A program made the translations under genes and the position numbers. A stretch of 64,000 nt of DNA from Paraspadella gotoi (lineage: Eukaryota > Animalia > Chaetognatha), in contig CM119264.1 of NCBI GenBank assembly GCA_051294375.1, positions 15,907,245 through 15,971,244 of the forward strand, given 5' to 3'. Positions 60,315 to 64,000 of this stretch are shown here, one piece after another (the stretch's first letter is position 1; each line of letters begins with the position of its first letter). The notes below the pieces were generated by a model. That model searched no databases. It saw only the letters and a list, made by a program, of their open reading frames with translations, and was not told where the DNA came from.

Positions 60315-61051
60315 ACTTAACCATTATTTATTTGAGAGAACTTAGTTTTCAACCTGTTCCGGCTTATTAAAGGGTCGGAATCTGCTGATAAGCAGATCCG
60401 ACTAAAAACGATCATTAGCGGTAATTAATTAATCCGACATTGTTTGCTCAAACATGTTGATTCATAGGTCTTTTCGTCACTGACCACGACAAAAGCAACC
60501 ACGATGATGATGACGACAATGACGCCAAAAACGATTAATTGATTGACTTGATTGATTGATTGATTAAATAATTAATTAATTGATTATATGATTGATTGGT
60601 TAATTGACTGATTGATTAATTTACTAATGATTAATTAACTGATTAATTATTTGATTTATTAATACATCTTGCATTTACATTTAATATAAAAAGAAAAAAA
60701 TCATAAAAAATTAGTGAAACAGGTTTTTTTTTATTTAAACTCATTTTCATTCAAATTTTACTAAATTTATTACCTTAGTCAATTATTAATTTCACAGTTT
60801 TTAACTCTTAAAATTTTCAATGTTATTTTTACATTGCAAAATTTAATTTTTGACCTTAAAATATTTCCTTTACTGAAATGTTTTCTTTACTTTTCACTCT
60901 CTCTCACTCTCATCTGTCCTCACCTTCAGTTGTCCTCACCTAATGTCCTTTCTCAATTCTTTGTTGGAAGCTTTATGTCTCTCTCTCTCTTTCTCTCTCT
61001 CACAATCCCTCTCACACTCTCTTTTTCTGAAAGATTTTTTTTACAAATACA

Positions 61052-61095
61052 ATGGCGCTGAGGAAGACTTACATTTAAGTCGAAACATGTCCCAT
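61052..61095 (+). ncRNA. Minimal hammerhead ribozyme motif
   Basis: atgg-cg-CTGAGGA-a-gactta/taagtc-GAAACATGTC-ccat; stems I and II both pair. Confidence 0.78.
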
Positions 61096-61144
61096 TTTTG
61101 TATTAAACATTATGGTTGTTGAAGATAAATAAAAATAGTTTTTG

Positions 61145-62150
61145 TTAATTATCAAAAACACCATCTCTCAATGATGAGGAAAACCATTTCCGAGGCGCAG
61201 ACCTCATCGCCATTAGAGAAAAGAGACGGCAAGTCTCAAACCAGTTCCTCGGACTACTCTCCCGCCGCCTTTTTGACGTGCTCTCCTTGGCCGGCATCTC
61301 GGGCTCATTGGCCCACATCGCAGTATCCTTAGCCACCAGCGGGCCAAGGGTCAGCACCGCCGAATCCTTGATCACACCCTCTCCTATGAGCGTTCTTTGG
61401 AATATAAAGAATAATTATAATAGTTAACTGATTGCTGGATTCATTTCGATTAAAAGTTCTTTTAAACAAAGAGAGCAACAAAGAAAATGATAATACGACG
61501 ACGACGAAGACGACGACGACAACACGTCTTCCATCTTGGTTGTTGTCGGCTCGTTATCGATTCGCTCTCTCTCTCTCTCTTTCAGTCGAGTTTTTAAAAC
61601 GTAAATTCTTTTTGACTTTTCCCTGTTCGCTAATTCCGTTATTGATTGATTTGATTGATTCGTTCAGAAAATTTGTTCACCAAATAGTTGATCCACTTGT
61701 TGGTTCAATTATGTTCAATTTGTTCATCGATGATAAAATTCAAAGTAACTTTGACTCCGAGACGAAGAGTACCTGATTAGGGAGAAAGTTACGTTACCAA
61801 AAAAAAAGAAGTTCACTTTTTTCAGTTAATTCGTTTGTTTTTTTTCTGTTTGTTTTTTGTTTTTGTTTTTTCACAGTTTTCTTTTTCGTCGTTTTTTTTT
61901 ATTTTGTTTTTGTTTCGTGAAAAAAATATTTCTTCTTCCCCTTCACATTTTTTTTTCAGGCAGAGAGAGAAATTTCACCTGTCCAACTTTCGAATCGTCT
62001 TTCTTTTCCCCCTTCTGTCTCTCTTTCTATCTTTCCCGCCCGATCTTTCTTTCTTTCCTGCCCGCGTTGTTGGCCCCGGACTTCGGTGAAACTTCACATG
62101 ATTCACGAAGATCCGCGCGTGAGTTCCTGCTCTCCGAGGGGTTGCGTCGT
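61145..62150 (-). other. Candidate 5' exons of VKR (putative exon 61979-62150, acceptor at 61773, coding-like segment 61145-61395)
   Basis: Minus-strand acceptors TTTCACAG| and CTAATCAG|, donor CAG|GTGAAA, and a GC-rich open segment. No clean start codon or signal peptide frame was resolved. Confidence 0.3.
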
Positions 62151-62154
62151 CTGT

Positions 62155-62157
<3 letters not shown>

Positions 62158-62185
<28 letters not shown>

Positions 62186-62285
62186 TAAAGATAGTAAAGA
62201 ATGAACTCGAAATGAATCGACTTTTTATTTTCTTGTTTTTGTTTGATTTTTTGTTTTGGGGCCGAAGCGAGTTCGTGCGCGTGAG

Positions 62286-62341
<56 letters not shown>

Positions 62342-62420
62342 AAGTAGAGAGAGAGAAAGGAAAGAGAGAGAGAGAGGAAGAGAGAGAGAGAGAGAAGAGA
62401 GAGAGAAGAGAAGAGGAGGA
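62158..62420. repeat. (GA)n microsatellite tracts
   Basis: Direct inspection; similar (CT)n tracts occur at 7.2, 9.7, 12.2 and 16.2 kb. Confidence 0.95.
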
Positions 62421-63185
62421 ATAAATGAAATAATATATAAATAGATTATAATACAATCATTTAGGAAACAAAATAAAAAAGGAAAAAAATAAAATAGCGT
62501 TGTATTAATATAATTAAAGTTGAATTCTCTCTCCCTTCCTCTCCCCCTTCCTCTCCCCCCTTCCTTTTCCTTCCTCTCCCCCTTCCCTTCTTTTTCCCTT
62601 CCTCTCCCCTTCCTCTTCCTCCCTTCCTTCTTTCCATTCTCTCCCCAAAGCAGCATCATTCAAAATTCCCGATAGCCCTGGAGTAAAGCTGACCGTCCAA
62701 AGCCTGGAAGAGCTTGGCTCTTTGAACTCGGCTCCTTTAAGTCCTCCGCTACCCCCGCTCTCTGCTCCTATTAATCCACCTCGCCATTTTCATTTCTTAG
62801 AAATGCGTCGAGAATAAAACAGTTTGAGGCAAACATGTCGGATCTGCCCACGATCATTATCGGTAATTAATTAATAATTAATTCAAGTTATTAATTATTT
62901 AATTATTAATAATTAATTTATTCAGGTTAATATTAAATTAATTTGGCAATTATTAATTTGATCCGAATTGTTGTTTTTATTTATTAATTTACTGATTAAT
63001 TAATTATTGATTAATTAAGTTGAAACTAATTGATTAATTAACTGATTAATTATTATTTAATTAATGACATCCTGCATATTAACATGTTAATATAAAAGAA
63101 AAAAGGAACATAATCAATTAGTAATTAGTTTTAATCACAACTTTCCCACCCACATAACAAAATTTCAATTCATCGCCCCATCCAC

Positions 63186-64000
63186 TAGGGGCGTTGAAAA
63201 TAACGAATATAAAAATCAAGTGAGTACATAGCTATTTTAGTGTAATAAAAGTCTGTGGAATTCATGAGATAACATTTTTTTGTATAGTCTCATCTTCTTG
63301 TCGGAAATGGCGATTTTTGCAGCATATAAGGTGCTATTAAAAGGAGCAAACATTGTAGAGTATAGAAACTCAAATTTATTAGATTTTATAAAAGCCATAT
63401 TTACTTACATTAATATGAAAATAAAGACCCATATAAATATTTTTTGGTAAGTTTATTTACAAATTTTTTATTTTATTAATATTTTGTTAGCTATATTTAT
63501 TATAAATAATAATAAAAAATAACTAAAGTGAAAAAAATAAAAATTTAAAATTTTAAAACAGATTTGAATTCCTTACAAAAAAGTGATATAAGAAAATATA
63601 ATCCATTTTAAAAATTCTTCATTAAGTAGGTTTAAAAATATTAACACTATTATTTTGTTAATTTTCAATTTTGGCTAAAATTATAGTTTTTCTGAATTTT
63701 GACCAACTTAATGACATAATTGATTTAAAAATATATTTTCTTATTCAACTTTTTGCAAAGAATGCAAATCCATGAAAATTTCTGAATTATTATTTTTTAA
63801 CTTAGCCCAATTGTTTTACTCATAATTATTAAATAAATATAGTTAACTACTTTTTATAAAACAAAAATTTAGAGAAAAATAAACTTACCAAAATATTTTT
63901 ATTATCTTTAATTTTTAATAATTTCAAAAGCTCATTATAAATTTTAATAAAATTTTAATAATTTGATTATCATAACTTATAAAATGGTTTTAATAATTTT
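63186..64000 (+). mobile_element. Copy of the 36686-37805 long-TIR element running off the window end
   Basis: TAGGGGCGTTGAAAATAACG terminus and collinear similarity. Confidence 0.75.

Overview
AT-rich, repeat-dense animal (probably invertebrate) genomic window with three 25-N gaps. The main gene is a minus-strand Venus kinase receptor (VKR). I reconstructed 11 phase-compatible coding exons from 51191 to 18781 (1328 aa, N-terminus missing, candidate 5' exons at ~53.6 kb and 59.5-62.2 kb). The protein has a ProX/glycine-betaine-type binding-protein-like region, a Venus flytrap domain, a TM helix and an insulin-receptor-like tyrosine kinase, and the model needs two GC-AG introns. About 3 kb downstream on the same strand is the large coding exon of a RASSF9/10-like gene. 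The rest is mobile DNA: a LINE RT relic, a gypsy integrase relic, many DINE-1/HINE-like Helentron-associated elements, TIR elements and minisatellites. The most striking non-coding signals are (i) three to four families of miniature LTR elements (TRIMs/solo LTRs) with TSDs and a tRNA-like Pol III cassette inside each LTR, two of them with a tRNA-Trp-like PBS, and (ii) seven minimal hammerhead ribozyme motifs, mostly in inverted Penelope-like foldback units within VKR introns. A 4-kb inverted duplication of VKR exons next to a gap is probably an assembly artefact. All family assignments come from recalled motifs, not from searches.
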